Assembly: GCA_963794715.1 (NCBI GenBank)
Contig: CAWCEY010000009.1
Location: 94,385-158,384, forward strand
DNA: 64,000 nucleotides
Reading direction: 5' to 3'
Origin: an uncultured Solirubrobacterales bacterium
Lineage (GTDB): Bacteria; Actinomycetota; Thermoleophilia; Solirubrobacterales; Solirubrobacteraceae
In this document: one piece after another, positions 27,292-36,214 of the stretch
How the letters are laid out: each line of letters opens with the position of its first letter
Numbering within the stretch: the first letter of the stretch is position 1
Translations under genes and position numbers: made by a program
Notes under the pieces: generated by a model
The model's input: only the letters and a program-made list of their open reading frames with translations
What the model was told of the DNA's origin: nothing
Databases searched by the model: none

Positions 27292-28401
27292 TCAAACGGG
27301 CAATGCAAGCTGATCCTCCGCGGGCATGCCCGCCGCCTCCGTCTGGCGCCCGGCGGGGGTGACCCCGCCGAGGCCGGCGACGCGCACGCCCAGCAGCCTC
27401 ACGGGCCGCGGCGGGGCGTACTCGCGCAGCAGTCGTTGGGCAACCGAGTTGACCAGCTGTGAATCGCACGTCGGCTCGGCGAGCGTGTGCGCGCGAGTCA
27501 CCGTGGTGAAGTCGTCGAGGCGCACCTTGATCCCGATCGTGCGCCCGCTGCGCCCGTGCGCGGCGAGGCTGGCACACAACTCGGTTGACATCCGCTCCAG
27601 CAGCGCTCTCAGCTGCGCGGGGTCGTGGAGGTCTTGGTCGAAGGTGCGCTCGCGCGACTCCGAGACCACCTTGCGCGCGGCGCCCACCACACCGTCGTGT
27701 TCGAAGCGCGCGCGGCGGCCCAACTCGCGGCCGAGGTTGGGGCCGAAGCGCTCCACCAACACACTCTCGGGCGCGGCGGCGAGGGCGGCGAGCGTGGTCA
27801 GCCCCAGCTCCGCCAGCCGCGCGGCGGTCTTGGGGCCGATCCCGGGCACGAGTCCCGGGGGGGAGCCGCCGAAGCGCGCGCACGCCTGCTCGCGGCTCAG
27901 CACCACGAAGCCCGCGGGCTTCTCCGCGTCGGAGGCGACCTTCGCCACGAGCTTGTTGGGGCCGATCCCCACCGAGCACACGATCCCCGTCGCCTCGCGG
28001 ATCTCCCGCACCAGCCGGCGCATCGCCGCGCGAGGGGAGTAGAGGCCGCTGACGTCGAGGTAGGCCTCGTCGAGCCCCACCACCTCGACCCGCTCGACCT
28101 GCGCACGCACGATCCCCATCACCCTCCCCGACACCTCGCGGTAGGTGGGGAAGTCGGGCGGGAGGAACACCGCCTGCGGGCACAGCCGTCGGGCGCGCGC
28201 GGCGGGGATGGCAGAGCCTACGCCGAAGCGCCGCGCCTCATAGCTCGCGGTCGTGACGACCGCGCGTGGGCCGGTGCCGGCGACGACCACCGGCAACCCG
28301 CGCAGCTCGGGCCGGCGTTGCAGCTCGATCGAGACGTAGAAGGCGTCGGCGTCGAGGTGGGCGGTGCTCAGCTCAGAGGGCTCGGGGGGCTCGGCAGACA
28401 C
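27292..28401 (-). CDS. dinB: DNA polymerase IV (Y-family)
   Basis: HLDADAFYVSIE, TASYEARRFGV, GLDEAYLD, NKLVAKVASD. Confidence 0.95.
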   Translation of the reverse strand: MSAEPPEPSELSTAHLDADAFYVSIELQRRPELRGLPVVVAGTGPRAVVTTASYEARRFGVGSAIPAARARRLCPQAVFLPPDFPTYREVSGRVMGIVRAQVERVEVVGLDEAYLDVSGLYSPRAAMRRLVREIREATGIVCSVGIGPNKLVAKVASDAEKPAGFVVLSREQACARFGGSPPGLVPGIGPKTAARLAELGLTTLAALAAAPESVLVERFGPNLGRELGRRARFEHDGVVGAARKVVSESRERTFDQDLHDPAQLRALLERMSTELCASLAAHGRSGRTIGIKVRLDDFTTVTRAHTLAEPTCDSQLVNSVAQRLLREYAPPRPVRLLGVRVAGLGGVTPAGRQTEAAGMPAEDQLALPV

Positions 28402-28501
28402 TCTCGGGCGAATCTAGCGCCCCTTCCGGCGGGGTGTGATGGGCTCTTGTGCCGACAGGTTCGCACCCCTCCGCCGAACGCGCGGCTCTGGCGAGCCCAG
28501 C

Positions 28502-28900
28502 CTACCCCGTGAGCGCCGAGGCGATGTCCGTGTGCCGGAAGTCCTCGCCCTTGAACAGCAGCGGCTCTCCCGTCGTCCTTGCCAGCGCGTAGGAGAAGCA
28601 GTCGCCGAAATTCAGGCCGGCAGGGTGGCCGCTGCCCTTCCCGAAATCGCGGTAGGCCTCGCGCGCGATCCGCGCATGGCTCGCCGTCACCGGTTCGATC
28701 CCGATGCCCGCGGTGATTAATAGCTCGTCCACGCGCCGGCTGGCGATCGCATCCCCCGCGCGGTCGATGACCGCCCCCACCTCCACATAGCTGGCCGCGG
28801 ACAGCCGACGTACGCTCGCCGACTCGATCGCATCCGCGCATGCCGCTGCCTCCGGCTCGGCGCGAAGGATCGCGATGATGGCCGAGGTGTCGAGGATCAC
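28502..28900 (-). CDS. vapC: VapC PIN-domain toxin
   Basis: [11 protein letters not shown]; [12 protein letters not shown]. Confidence 0.95.
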   Translation of the reverse strand: MILDTSAIIAILRAEPEAAACADAIESASVRRLSAASYVEVGAVIDRAGDAIASRRVDELLITAGIGIEPVTASHARIAREAYRDFGKGSGHPAGLNFGDCFSYALARTTGEPLLFKGEDFRHTDIASALTG

Positions 28901-29151
28901 GCCGGCAGGCCGTTCTCGTCGTAAAGCAACTCGCCGTGGTCGATCCTCCGCACACGCTCGGGCAGCCGCCCAGCGCAGTCCCTGCCGATCTCGAGCATCC
29001 GCTCCGCCAGGCCGCCTGACCGCTCGGCGAGGACCCTGTCGCGCCGCTCACGCACGGCGATCGTGACGGCTGAGCTCATGCTTTCCCCAGTCAGCTCGGC
29101 AAGTTCGCGCGCGAGCTCGTGCGCCTCTGGATTCTTCACATTCAGCGACAT
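28897..29151 (-). CDS. vapB: VapB antitoxin (Rv0623-like)
   Basis: [24 protein letters not shown]; LLYDENGLP; overlaps the vapC start. Confidence 0.93.
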   Translation of the reverse strand: MSLNVKNPEAHELARELAELTGESMSSAVTIAVRERRDRVLAERSGGLAERMLEIGRDCAGRLPERVRRIDHGELLYDENGLPA

Positions 29152-29158
29152 TGGTTGC

Positions 29159-29198
29159 AGTCTACCATATGATGGTAGCTTTCTACCGCCCTGGTAGA
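29159..29198 (-). promoter_or_regulatory. vapBC leaderless promoter with two palindromic operators
   Basis: -10 TAGACT 7 nt before the ATG; CTACCAT-N3-ATGGTAG (29162-29178) and TCTACC-N5-GGTAGA (29182-29198). Confidence 0.7.
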
Positions 29199-29225
29199 CG
29201 AGCCCCCGATAGCAGACATCGAGAC

Positions 29226-30026
29226 CTACCTCTGTTGCTCGACCAACGCCCCGGGCCCGACTTCGTCGATCGCGGCGTACCCGCTGAGCGCCATCGCCAG
29301 ATCGAGGTCGGCGAGGAACGAGCGCAGCACCTCGGCCACGCCCTGCGCGCCGCCCAGCGCGAGGCCCCAGATGTAGGGGCGGCCGAGCAGCACCGCGCGG
29401 GCGCCGAGCGCGAGCGCCTTCAGCGCGTCCGAGCCGGAGCGGATGCCGCTATCGAAGAGCACCTCGCAGCGGCCCTCAACGGCGGCCACCACGTCGGGCA
29501 GCGCGTCGAGCGCACCGACGGCGCCGTCCACCTGGCGCCCACCGTGGTTTGAGACCAGCACCCCCTGCACCCCGTGCTCGACCGCGAGACGTGCGTCGTC
29601 GGGGCGCAGAATGCCCTTCAGCACGATCGGCAGCTCGGTGCACTCGCGCAGGAACGCGAGGTCCTTCCAGGTGACGGCTGGGTTGGCGAACTGCCATGCC
29701 CAGTGGCCGATCGCGGCCTGCATGTTCTCCTCCGGCGGGGCCGGCAACGCCGCGCGGAAAACGGGGTCCTCCAAGTAGTTGCGGTTGCCCTCCCCCCACA
29801 GGAACGGCAGGAAGCCGTTCGTCAAATCAGCGGGGCGCCACCCGAGCAGCCACGTGTCGAGCGTCAGCACGATCGCGCTGTAACCGGCGCGCTCGGCGCG
29901 CTCCACGAAACTGCGCGCCAGCTATGTGGAGGTGGGGGCGGTCATCGACCGCGCGGGACGTTGTCCGCCCAGCCCGCGCAGGTAGATCTCGTACTGGTAG
30001 TTGGCGTAGGGGACCTGCTCGCTCAC
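29226..30026 (-). pseudogene. FMN-dependent alpha-hydroxy acid oxidase (lactate 2-monooxygenase-like) with internal deletion and in-frame stop
   Basis: N-terminus VSEQVPYANYQYEIYLRGL; C-half [32 protein letters not shown] at 29922-29924 lies inside a vapC-derived insert. Confidence 0.88.
29918..29957. repeat. 40-bp perfect inverted copy of vapC bases 28755-28794
   Basis: CCCGCGCGGTCGATGACCGCCCCCACCTCCACATAGCTGG at 28755 (+); its reverse complement at 29918. Confidence 0.95.
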
Positions 30027-30096
30027 GCGCACCGCCTCTCAGGTAGTCGCCGACCGTGGACTCTACCGGCGTGCGGTGGGACGTCCGCGTGCGGCC

Positions 30097-30522
30097 CTAT
30101 GGGGCCCCGCCCTCGGGCAGCAGCGTGAAGCCGGCCACGTGCCGCGGGCGCACAACCGCGAAGTGGCGGCGATCGAGCGTGGCGATCTCGCGGGCGGCGT
30201 GGCGTTCGGCGAGAACGACCACCGATGCGTCCACGATGCCGAGCGGCAGATCCCCGTACTGCTCCACCAACTCCGCGATGCGCTCCCACTCCGACTCGCG
30301 CACCGACTCGACGACGACCTCGCCGTCGGCGATCGCACGCGCGAACGCGATCTCGGCGTGGGGGCCGATGCGATCGCCGAGCAGATACGAGACCTCAGTT
30401 ACAACCAGCTCGGGGACAAGCAGCGGCCGTGAAGCGCCGGTGAGCAGTTCGACGCACCGGCGATGGTTGCGATCACGCGTGGCCGAAGCCGCGTAGATCG
30501 GCCCGGCGTCGAGGATCAGCAC
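30097..30522 (-). CDS. vapC: VapC PIN-domain toxin (second locus)
   Basis: VLILDAGPIYA; VVTEVSYLL; LGIVDASVV; TLDRRHFAVV. Confidence 0.92.
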   Translation of the reverse strand: MLILDAGPIYAASATRDRNHRRCVELLTGASRPLLVPELVVTEVSYLLGDRIGPHAEIAFARAIADGEVVVESVRESEWERIAELVEQYGDLPLGIVDASVVVLAERHAAREIATLDRRHFAVVRPRHVAGFTLLPEGGAP

Positions 30523-30770
30523 TACCGCGGACGGATCGTCTCGCGGCTGCCGAGAGCGTGCCCCACGTAATCCTCGACGTGCTCGGATACGTCGTCCGGA
30601 CCGCCCTCCCCGACGGCGAAGAAGGACAATCGACCATCCTTGGGCGGGCTGGGCAGGTCTCGCTCGATCGCCCGGCGGGCAACATCGGCGATCGAAACGC
30701 CCTGCCGCCTGGCCTCCTGACGCATCCGGGCATCGAGATCGTCGGGAACCATAATGGTTGTGCGCTTCAT
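30522..30770 (-). CDS. vapB: CopG/ribbon-helix-helix antitoxin
   Basis: MKRTTIMVPDDLDARMRQEARRQGVSIADVARRAI; TATGCT-N6-ATG; TAGTG overlap with vapC. Confidence 0.88.
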   Translation of the reverse strand: MKRTTIMVPDDLDARMRQEARRQGVSIADVARRAIERDLPSPPKDGRLSFFAVGEGGPDDVSEHVEDYVGHALGSRETIRPR

Positions 30771-30864
30771 GCATACAGCATAACGCATCACAGGATAGCC
30801 GGCGAGCTCGGCACCCAGACGAGGACGGCGCCACGATCTCGCCTCGCGAAGGGCGGCAGGACGC

Positions 30865-31299
30865 TCACGCGCTCGCCCACATCTCCCCCACGCCTTCGAA
30901 CCGGAGCGCGCGCGCCGTCGCTTCGGTGAGGTCGTATTCGCGGCCTCCCACGTAGGGGCCGCGGTCGACGACGGGCACACGCACGGTGCGCCCGTGGTAG
31001 CGCAGCGTCACGCGTGTGCCGCACGGCAGGGTCTTGTTGGCGACGCCCATCGTGGAGCTCGTCAGTAAGCCTCCGCAGGCGAGGCTGCCGCCGCCTCCGT
31101 ACCACGAGACCTCGACGAGGCGGTAGGGCTGCCGGTGGCGGTGCCCGTGGCCCGTCCGAGGGTGTGTGGCGCGATGCGCGCTCGACGACGTCGTGGCGCG
31201 AGTGGCGGACGGGGTGGGCGCGCGGGTTTCCTTCACCTCCGCCACTATTCCCACGGGCGTAAGGGGCAACGCGGTCAACGCGGACGCGGGTACGTACAT
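30865..31299 (-). CDS. rlpA: RlpA-like double-psi beta-barrel (lytic transglycosylase-like) protein
   Basis: SWYG...GVANKTLPCGTRV...VPVVDRGPYVGGREYDLT; GAGGAGG RBS before ATG 31299. Confidence 0.8.
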   Translation of the reverse strand: MYVPASALTALPLTPVGIVAEVKETRAPTPSATRATTSSSAHRATHPRTGHGHRHRQPYRLVEVSWYGGGGSLACGGLLTSSTMGVANKTLPCGTRVTLRYHGRTVRVPVVDRGPYVGGREYDLTEATARALRFEGVGEMWASA

Positions 31300-31317
31300 A
31301 CGGTCCTCCTCGGTCAC

Positions 31318-31486
31318 CGCCTACGGGGTTAGCTGTCGGGCTCACGCGCCGCCGGCGCACGATGGCGTGCGTCGGCGCGGGCGTTACGGCCGCATCAGCG
31401 GCCGATTCGCCCCATCCGGACCGCTCTCTGGCGGTCCGGCAGTGGGTCCCCCGCTCGCCTCCAACGACGGAGGCGACTCGGCTGAA
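31318..31486 (-). ncRNA. c-di-AMP (ydaO/yuaA) riboswitch
   Basis: Minus strand reads GCCGAGUC...GCGGGGGACCCA...UGGGGCGAAUC...GAGCCCGACAGCUAACCCCGUAGGC; lies directly upstream of a cell-wall enzyme gene. Confidence 0.85.
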
Positions 31487-31692
31487 TCGAACTCGGCACG
31501 ATAGAGCGGCAGCCGCCCGTTTCAATGTGCGTTTGATCACAGATGGCCGCTGCACGCGCCCGATCAAGGGGGCGGCCGGTCAAAGACACGGGTTTTCTAC
31601 GCCTTCGCCACACGCACTTGAGAGCCCATTTGGAGTCGATTTCTCATCCGCGCGTTGACGGACGGCCTTCCAGCAGCGACAATCCACGCCCG

Positions 31693-33294
31693 ATGGCAAA
31701 CCCCGACCGCCTCACCGGCCTCGACACAGCCTTCCTGCACCTGGAGGATCACTCCACCGCGCACATGCACGTGGCGTCGGTGATGATCTTCGAAGGCCGC
31801 GCGCCGAGCCCTCGGGAGCTGGTCGAGCACGTGCAGGGCCGCCTGCACCTCGTGCCGCGCTACCGCCAGCGCCTGGCGTACGTGCCGCTCGATCAGGGGC
31901 GTCCGATATGGACCGACGACCCCCACTTCAACCCGCACTACCACATCCGCCACACCGCGCTGCCGCGGCCGGGGGACGAGGCGGCGCTCAAGCGGCTCGC
32001 CGGGCGGCTGTTCTCCCAGCGCCTGGATCGCTCCAAGCCGCTGTGGGAGATCTGGCTGGTCGAGCGCATGGCGGGGCGGCGCTTCGCGCTGATCGCCAAG
32101 ACCCATCACGCGCTGGTGGACGGGATCTCCGGGGTGGACATCACCACCGTGCTGTTCGACACCGCACCCGAGCCCGTTCCAAGCTCACAGGGTGGGCGGG
32201 CCTCCGATCAGGGTGGACGGGCATCCAATCCTCCACCCTGGAGCCCGCGGCCACTGCCCGGTTCGGCCAAGCTGCTCGGGGAGGCGCTGCTGGAGCGCAC
32301 AACCGTGCCGGGGGAGATGGCGCGCGGGGCGCGGCGGGTCGTGCGCCGCCCGCTGCGCGCGCTGGGGCAGCTGCGCGACGGGCTCGCCAACGTCAGCGCC
32401 ACCACGCTTGCCGGGATCAACGCGCCGGCGCCCCCCTCCCCCTTGAACGTCGACATCGGCCCTCACCGCCGCTACACCTGGGTCGACGCCGACCTCGCCC
32501 GCTTCAAGGCGATCAAGGACTCGCTCGGGGGCACGCTCAACGACGTGGTGCTCGCCGCCGTCAGCCTCGCGCTGGGGCGCTGGCTGCGCGCGCACGACCA
32601 CCCCACCGAGGGCCTGGTGCTGAAGGCGATGGTGCCCGTCTCGGTGCGCGCCGACGTCGAGCGCGGCGCGCTCGGCAACCGCGTAGCGGCGATGTGGGCG
32701 CCGCTGCCGGTCGGCATCGAGGACCCCGCGGCCTGCTACGAGCAGATCCGCGTGGCGATGGAGGATCTCAAGCACTCCGGCCAGGCGGTCGGCGCCCAGG
32801 TGCTCACCAACCTCGCCGGCTTCGCCCCGCCGACGATCCTCAGCCAGGCCGCGCGCCTGCAGGCCCGCCAGCGCTACTTCAACCTGGTTGTCACCAACGT
32901 GCCCGGACCCCAGTTCCCGCTCTACCTGCTCGGCCGCCGCCTGCGCTCGCTCTACCCGGTGGTGCCGCTGGCCCGCCGTCAAGCGCTGGGGATCGCGGTG
33001 ATGAGCTACAACGGCCACCTCGGCTTCGGCCTGCTGGGCGACTACGACGCGCTCCCCGACCTCGACACGATCGCGCAGGAGCTCGAGCGCGCGATCCGCC
33101 GCCTCACCCGCGCCGCCAACCCTCCGAAAGCCGGCCCGCGCGGCTCCCGCGCCGGCACCGCGAAACGAGCCGCCCCGCGCGGCGGCCGTAGTGGCAAAGC
33201 CAAAGCATCGGCGTCCGCTGAGGGCGCCGGCGCCAACGGCCGTGCCGGCAAGAGCGGCGGTCGCCCCGCCGGCAGAGCCGCCGCCAAGCCATAG
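31693..33294 (+). CDS. Wax ester synthase/diacylglycerol acyltransferase (WS/DGAT)
   Basis: HHALVDG catalytic motif; TLNDVVLA; NLVVTNVPGP; basic low-complexity tail. Confidence 0.93.
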   Translation: MANPDRLTGLDTAFLHLEDHSTAHMHVASVMIFEGRAPSPRELVEHVQGRLHLVPRYRQRLAYVPLDQGRPIWTDDPHFNPHYHIRHTALPRPGDEAALKRLAGRLFSQRLDRSKPLWEIWLVERMAGRRFALIAKTHHALVDGISGVDITTVLFDTAPEPVPSSQGGRASDQGGRASNPPPWSPRPLPGSAKLLGEALLERTTVPGEMARGARRVVRRPLRALGQLRDGLANVSATTLAGINAPAPPSPLNVDIGPHRRYTWVDADLARFKAIKDSLGGTLNDVVLAAVSLALGRWLRAHDHPTEGLVLKAMVPVSVRADVERGALGNRVAAMWAPLPVGIEDPAACYEQIRVAMEDLKHSGQAVGAQVLTNLAGFAPPTILSQAARLQARQRYFNLVVTNVPGPQFPLYLLGRRLRSLYPVVPLARRQALGIAVMSYNGHLGFGLLGDYDALPDLDTIAQELERAIRRLTRAANPPKAGPRGSRAGTAKRAAPRGGRSGKAKASASAEGAGANGRAGKSGGRPAGRAAAKP

Positions 33295-35096
33295 TGCGCC
33301 TGGCGCTCTGCCAGATGAATGCCACCGTCGGCGACATCGCCGGCAATGCGCGGCGCATCCGTGCGGGCATCGCGGCCGCGCGTGCGCAGGGGGCGCAGCT
33401 GGTGCTGTTTCCCGAGCTCGCGCTCACCGGCTACCCGCCCGAGGATCTGCTGTTGCGCGAGCATTTCCTGCAGGACACCGCCACCGCGCTGCGGGAGCTG
33501 GCGGAGGGCGTCGAGGGGATCGTCGCCGTGGTCGGGTTCCCGGAGTGGGCAGCTGACGCGGAGGGGGCCAAAGGCGGCGAGCAGGCGGGGATGGCGGCGG
33601 TGGAGCGGGAAAGCGAGGAGTTCGTGGGCACGCCGCAGACTCCCCGCGTTCACAACGCGGCGGCCGTGCTCGCCGACGGCGGCGTGCGCTCCATCTACCG
33701 CAAGGTGCACCTCCCCAACTACGGCGTTTTCGACGAGCAGCGCTACTTCAGGGCGGGGTCGGGGGGCGCCGTGACAAATGTCGGTGGCGATCCCGTCGGG
33801 CTGACGGTGTGCGAGGACCTGTGGCGGCCCGGGGTGGGCGGGGACCCCGTTCCCGAAGAGGCCGATGCCGGGGCGCGGTTGATTGTCAACATCTCCGCCT
33901 CCCCCTACCACGCCGGCAAGGGCATGGAGCGCGAGCGCCTGTTCGCTCAGCGCGCCCGCGAGCACGGCGTCCACATCGCCTTCTGCGGGCTGGTGGGCGG
34001 CCAGGATGAGCTTGTCTTCGACGGGCACTCCTTTGTGCTCGACCCCACCGGCGCGACGATCGCGCGCGGCGCGCAGTTCGAGGAGGACCTGCTGGTGTGC
34101 GAGCTCGATCTCGACCACGCCCGCGCTCAAACGGCGCCGCGCGCGCCGAGTGTTCCGATTGCCACCCATGCGCCGACTGCCCCCCGCGTGATCAAGCCGC
34201 TCGCGCCGGTGGAGGCCGAGGTCTACGCCGCGCTGTGCCTCGGCCTGCGCGACTACGTGCAGAAGAATGGTTTCGCGCACGTGGTGCTTGGCCTGTCCGG
34301 TGGGATCGACTCCGCGCTGGTGGGCTGTCTCGCGGTGGACGCGCTGGGCGCCGAACGGGTGAGCGTGGCGATCATGCCCTCCCCCTACTCCTCCTCGGCG
34401 ACCCAGAACGACGCGCGAGCGCTGGCCGGTGCGCTGGGGGTCCGCATCCACGAGCTGCCGATCGCCGCCGCGATGGACGCGTATGCGGCGACGCTCCACC
34501 CCGAGTTTGCCGGCAGACAGGCCGACCTGACCGAGGAGAACCTGCAGGCGCGCATCCGCGGCAACCTGCTGATGGCGCTCTCCAACAAGTTTGGCTGGCT
34601 GGTGCTGACGACGGGCAACAAGTCGGAGATGTCGGTCGGCTACACCACGCTCTACGGCGACCTCGCCGGCGGCTTTGCGGTGATCAAGGACGTACCCAAG
34701 ACACTCGTCTACCGGCTGTGCGAGTGGCGCAACTCGGACGCCGGCGCGCGGCCGGCACCACCCGGCGGCGACCACGGCGAGCGTGTGGCGGCGCCGATCC
34801 CCCGGTCGATCATCGCCCGCGCGCCCTCCGCGGAGCTGCGCGAGAACCAGCGCGATGAGGATTCGCTGCCTCCCTACGAGCTGCTCGACCGCATTCTGCA
34901 CGGCTACATCGAGCAGGACCACGGCCGCGAGCGGCTGATCGCCGATGGGCTCCCCACCGAGGCGGTGGACCGGGCGATCCGTCTCGTGGACCTCGCCGAG
35001 TACAAGCGCCGCCAGGCGCCGCCCGGCATCAAGATCACGACCCGCGCCTTCGGGCGCGACCGGCGCATGCCGATCACCAACAGCTATCGCGGATAG
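33294..35096 (+). CDS. nadE: Glutamine-dependent NAD+ synthetase
   Basis: Nitrilase domain (FPEL, YRK, VCEDLW) plus GLSGGIDS, ENLQARIRG, TGNKSE. Confidence 0.95.
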   Translation: MRLALCQMNATVGDIAGNARRIRAGIAAARAQGAQLVLFPELALTGYPPEDLLLREHFLQDTATALRELAEGVEGIVAVVGFPEWAADAEGAKGGEQAGMAAVERESEEFVGTPQTPRVHNAAAVLADGGVRSIYRKVHLPNYGVFDEQRYFRAGSGGAVTNVGGDPVGLTVCEDLWRPGVGGDPVPEEADAGARLIVNISASPYHAGKGMERERLFAQRAREHGVHIAFCGLVGGQDELVFDGHSFVLDPTGATIARGAQFEEDLLVCELDLDHARAQTAPRAPSVPIATHAPTAPRVIKPLAPVEAEVYAALCLGLRDYVQKNGFAHVVLGLSGGIDSALVGCLAVDALGAERVSVAIMPSPYSSSATQNDARALAGALGVRIHELPIAAAMDAYAATLHPEFAGRQADLTEENLQARIRGNLLMALSNKFGWLVLTTGNKSEMSVGYTTLYGDLAGGFAVIKDVPKTLVYRLCEWRNSDAGARPAPPGGDHGERVAAPIPRSIIARAPSAELRENQRDEDSLPPYELLDRILHGYIEQDHGRERLIADGLPTEAVDRAIRLVDLAEYKRRQAPPGIKITTRAFGRDRRMPITNSYRG

Positions 35097-35164
35097 ACAC
35101 GTGCAGGCCGGCAGGTGACCGCCGCCTGCCTTCGGATTGGCGGCGTGCCGCTACGCTGCGCCCG

Positions 35165-35842
35165 GTGCAATCCCGACCGCCCCTCCGCGCCCGGCCCCTC
35201 GCCGTGCTTGCGCTGCTCGCGCTCGGCGCCATCGGTCTCAGCGCCTGCGCCGACACGCTCCAAGACCAGCCCACCGCGCCGAACATCCTGGAGGGGCTGG
35301 TGATGCAGGAAGCGTTCCCGGTGTACTGGCTCGGTGGCGATTTTCACGGGCTGGCGATCACCCACGTGGGGCGCGACCCCAGCGGCGCGTATGAAATCCA
35401 GTACGGCAACTGCGTCGTGGGGGGACAGAGCGTGTGCGTGACACCGCTTGAGATCGTCACCTCGCCCGACAGCGGCTTCATGCCCGGCGGCGGCGCCACC
35501 CACAGCGCGGTGCTCGTGCGAGGTGTGCGCGGCGGCTCGGCCGTGGGCGGCAGGGCGCTGACGCTGCGCACCGGTGGCGTGGTGGTCGACCTCTACGCCC
35601 ACTCCCCGGCGCTCGCGCGGGCGGCCGCCGAGGGGATGGTGGCGATCAACGCCGCCGGCCTCCCGGGGGCGCCGCTCCCCTCGCCGCTGCCCAACACCGG
35701 CTACGGCGAACAGCCGCTGCCCTCCCAGCAGCCGGCAATCGCGCCGGCGGGGGCAGCCCTTACGACGGCGACGCGTCTGCCAGCGCCCGCACGGCGATCG
35801 TCATGCGCGTCACCGCGCACAGCCTGCCGGCGTCGTCGCTGA
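35165..35842 (+). CDS. Hypothetical lipoprotein
   Basis: Lipobox LSA-C; FPVYWLG. 3' end overlaps the convergent thioesterase gene, so the true end is uncertain. Confidence 0.65.
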   Translation: MQSRPPLRARPLAVLALLALGAIGLSACADTLQDQPTAPNILEGLVMQEAFPVYWLGGDFHGLAITHVGRDPSGAYEIQYGNCVVGGQSVCVTPLEIVTSPDSGFMPGGGATHSAVLVRGVRGGSAVGGRALTLRTGGVVVDLYAHSPALARAAAEGMVAINAAGLPGAPLPSPLPNTGYGEQPLPSQQPAIAPAGAALTTATRLPAPARRSSCASPRTACRRRR

Positions 35843-36185
35843 AATGCACATCCCACACCCACGTGGTGCGGCCTCTATGCAGGCGCGTGGCCCGCGCGTT
35901 CACCGCGCCCGCGGTGATCGGGCGCAGGAAGCTCGTGCTGTTTGAAAGACCCATCGCCACCGAGCCCTCAGGGAGCACCGACATCCCGGTGGCCAGCGAG
36001 GCGATCGACTCCGCGATCGAGGCATACACGCCGCCGTGCACGAGACCGGCTGGCTGCTTGAGCTGATCGTGCACCTCCACGCGGGCGCTCACCTGCTCGG
36101 CGGACACCTCCAGCAGCTCCAGGCCGTACAGGCGGTCGAAGCCTTGCAATACCTGGTTGATCTGCCGGGCATCGGGGAGACTCAT
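35760..36185 (-). CDS. PaaI family thioesterase
   Basis: KQPAGLVHGGVYASIAE; FLRP; HRGRTTWVW. Confidence 0.92.
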   Translation of the reverse strand: MSLPDARQINQVLQGFDRLYGLELLEVSAEQVSARVEVHDQLKQPAGLVHGGVYASIAESIASLATGMSVLPEGSVAMGLSNSTSFLRPITAGAVNARATRLHRGRTTWVWDVHFSDDAGRLCAVTRMTIAVRALADASPS

Positions 36186-36214
36186 CGCGGCGCCACGATA
36201 GCCTACGAATCCCC

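Noticed and set aside
23962-27462. 1166-aa plus-strand ORF
   Set aside because: Arg/Gly/Ala-rich off-frame shadow over three well-supported genes.
33042-34922. 626-aa minus-strand ORF
   Set aside because: Antisense shadow of nadE.
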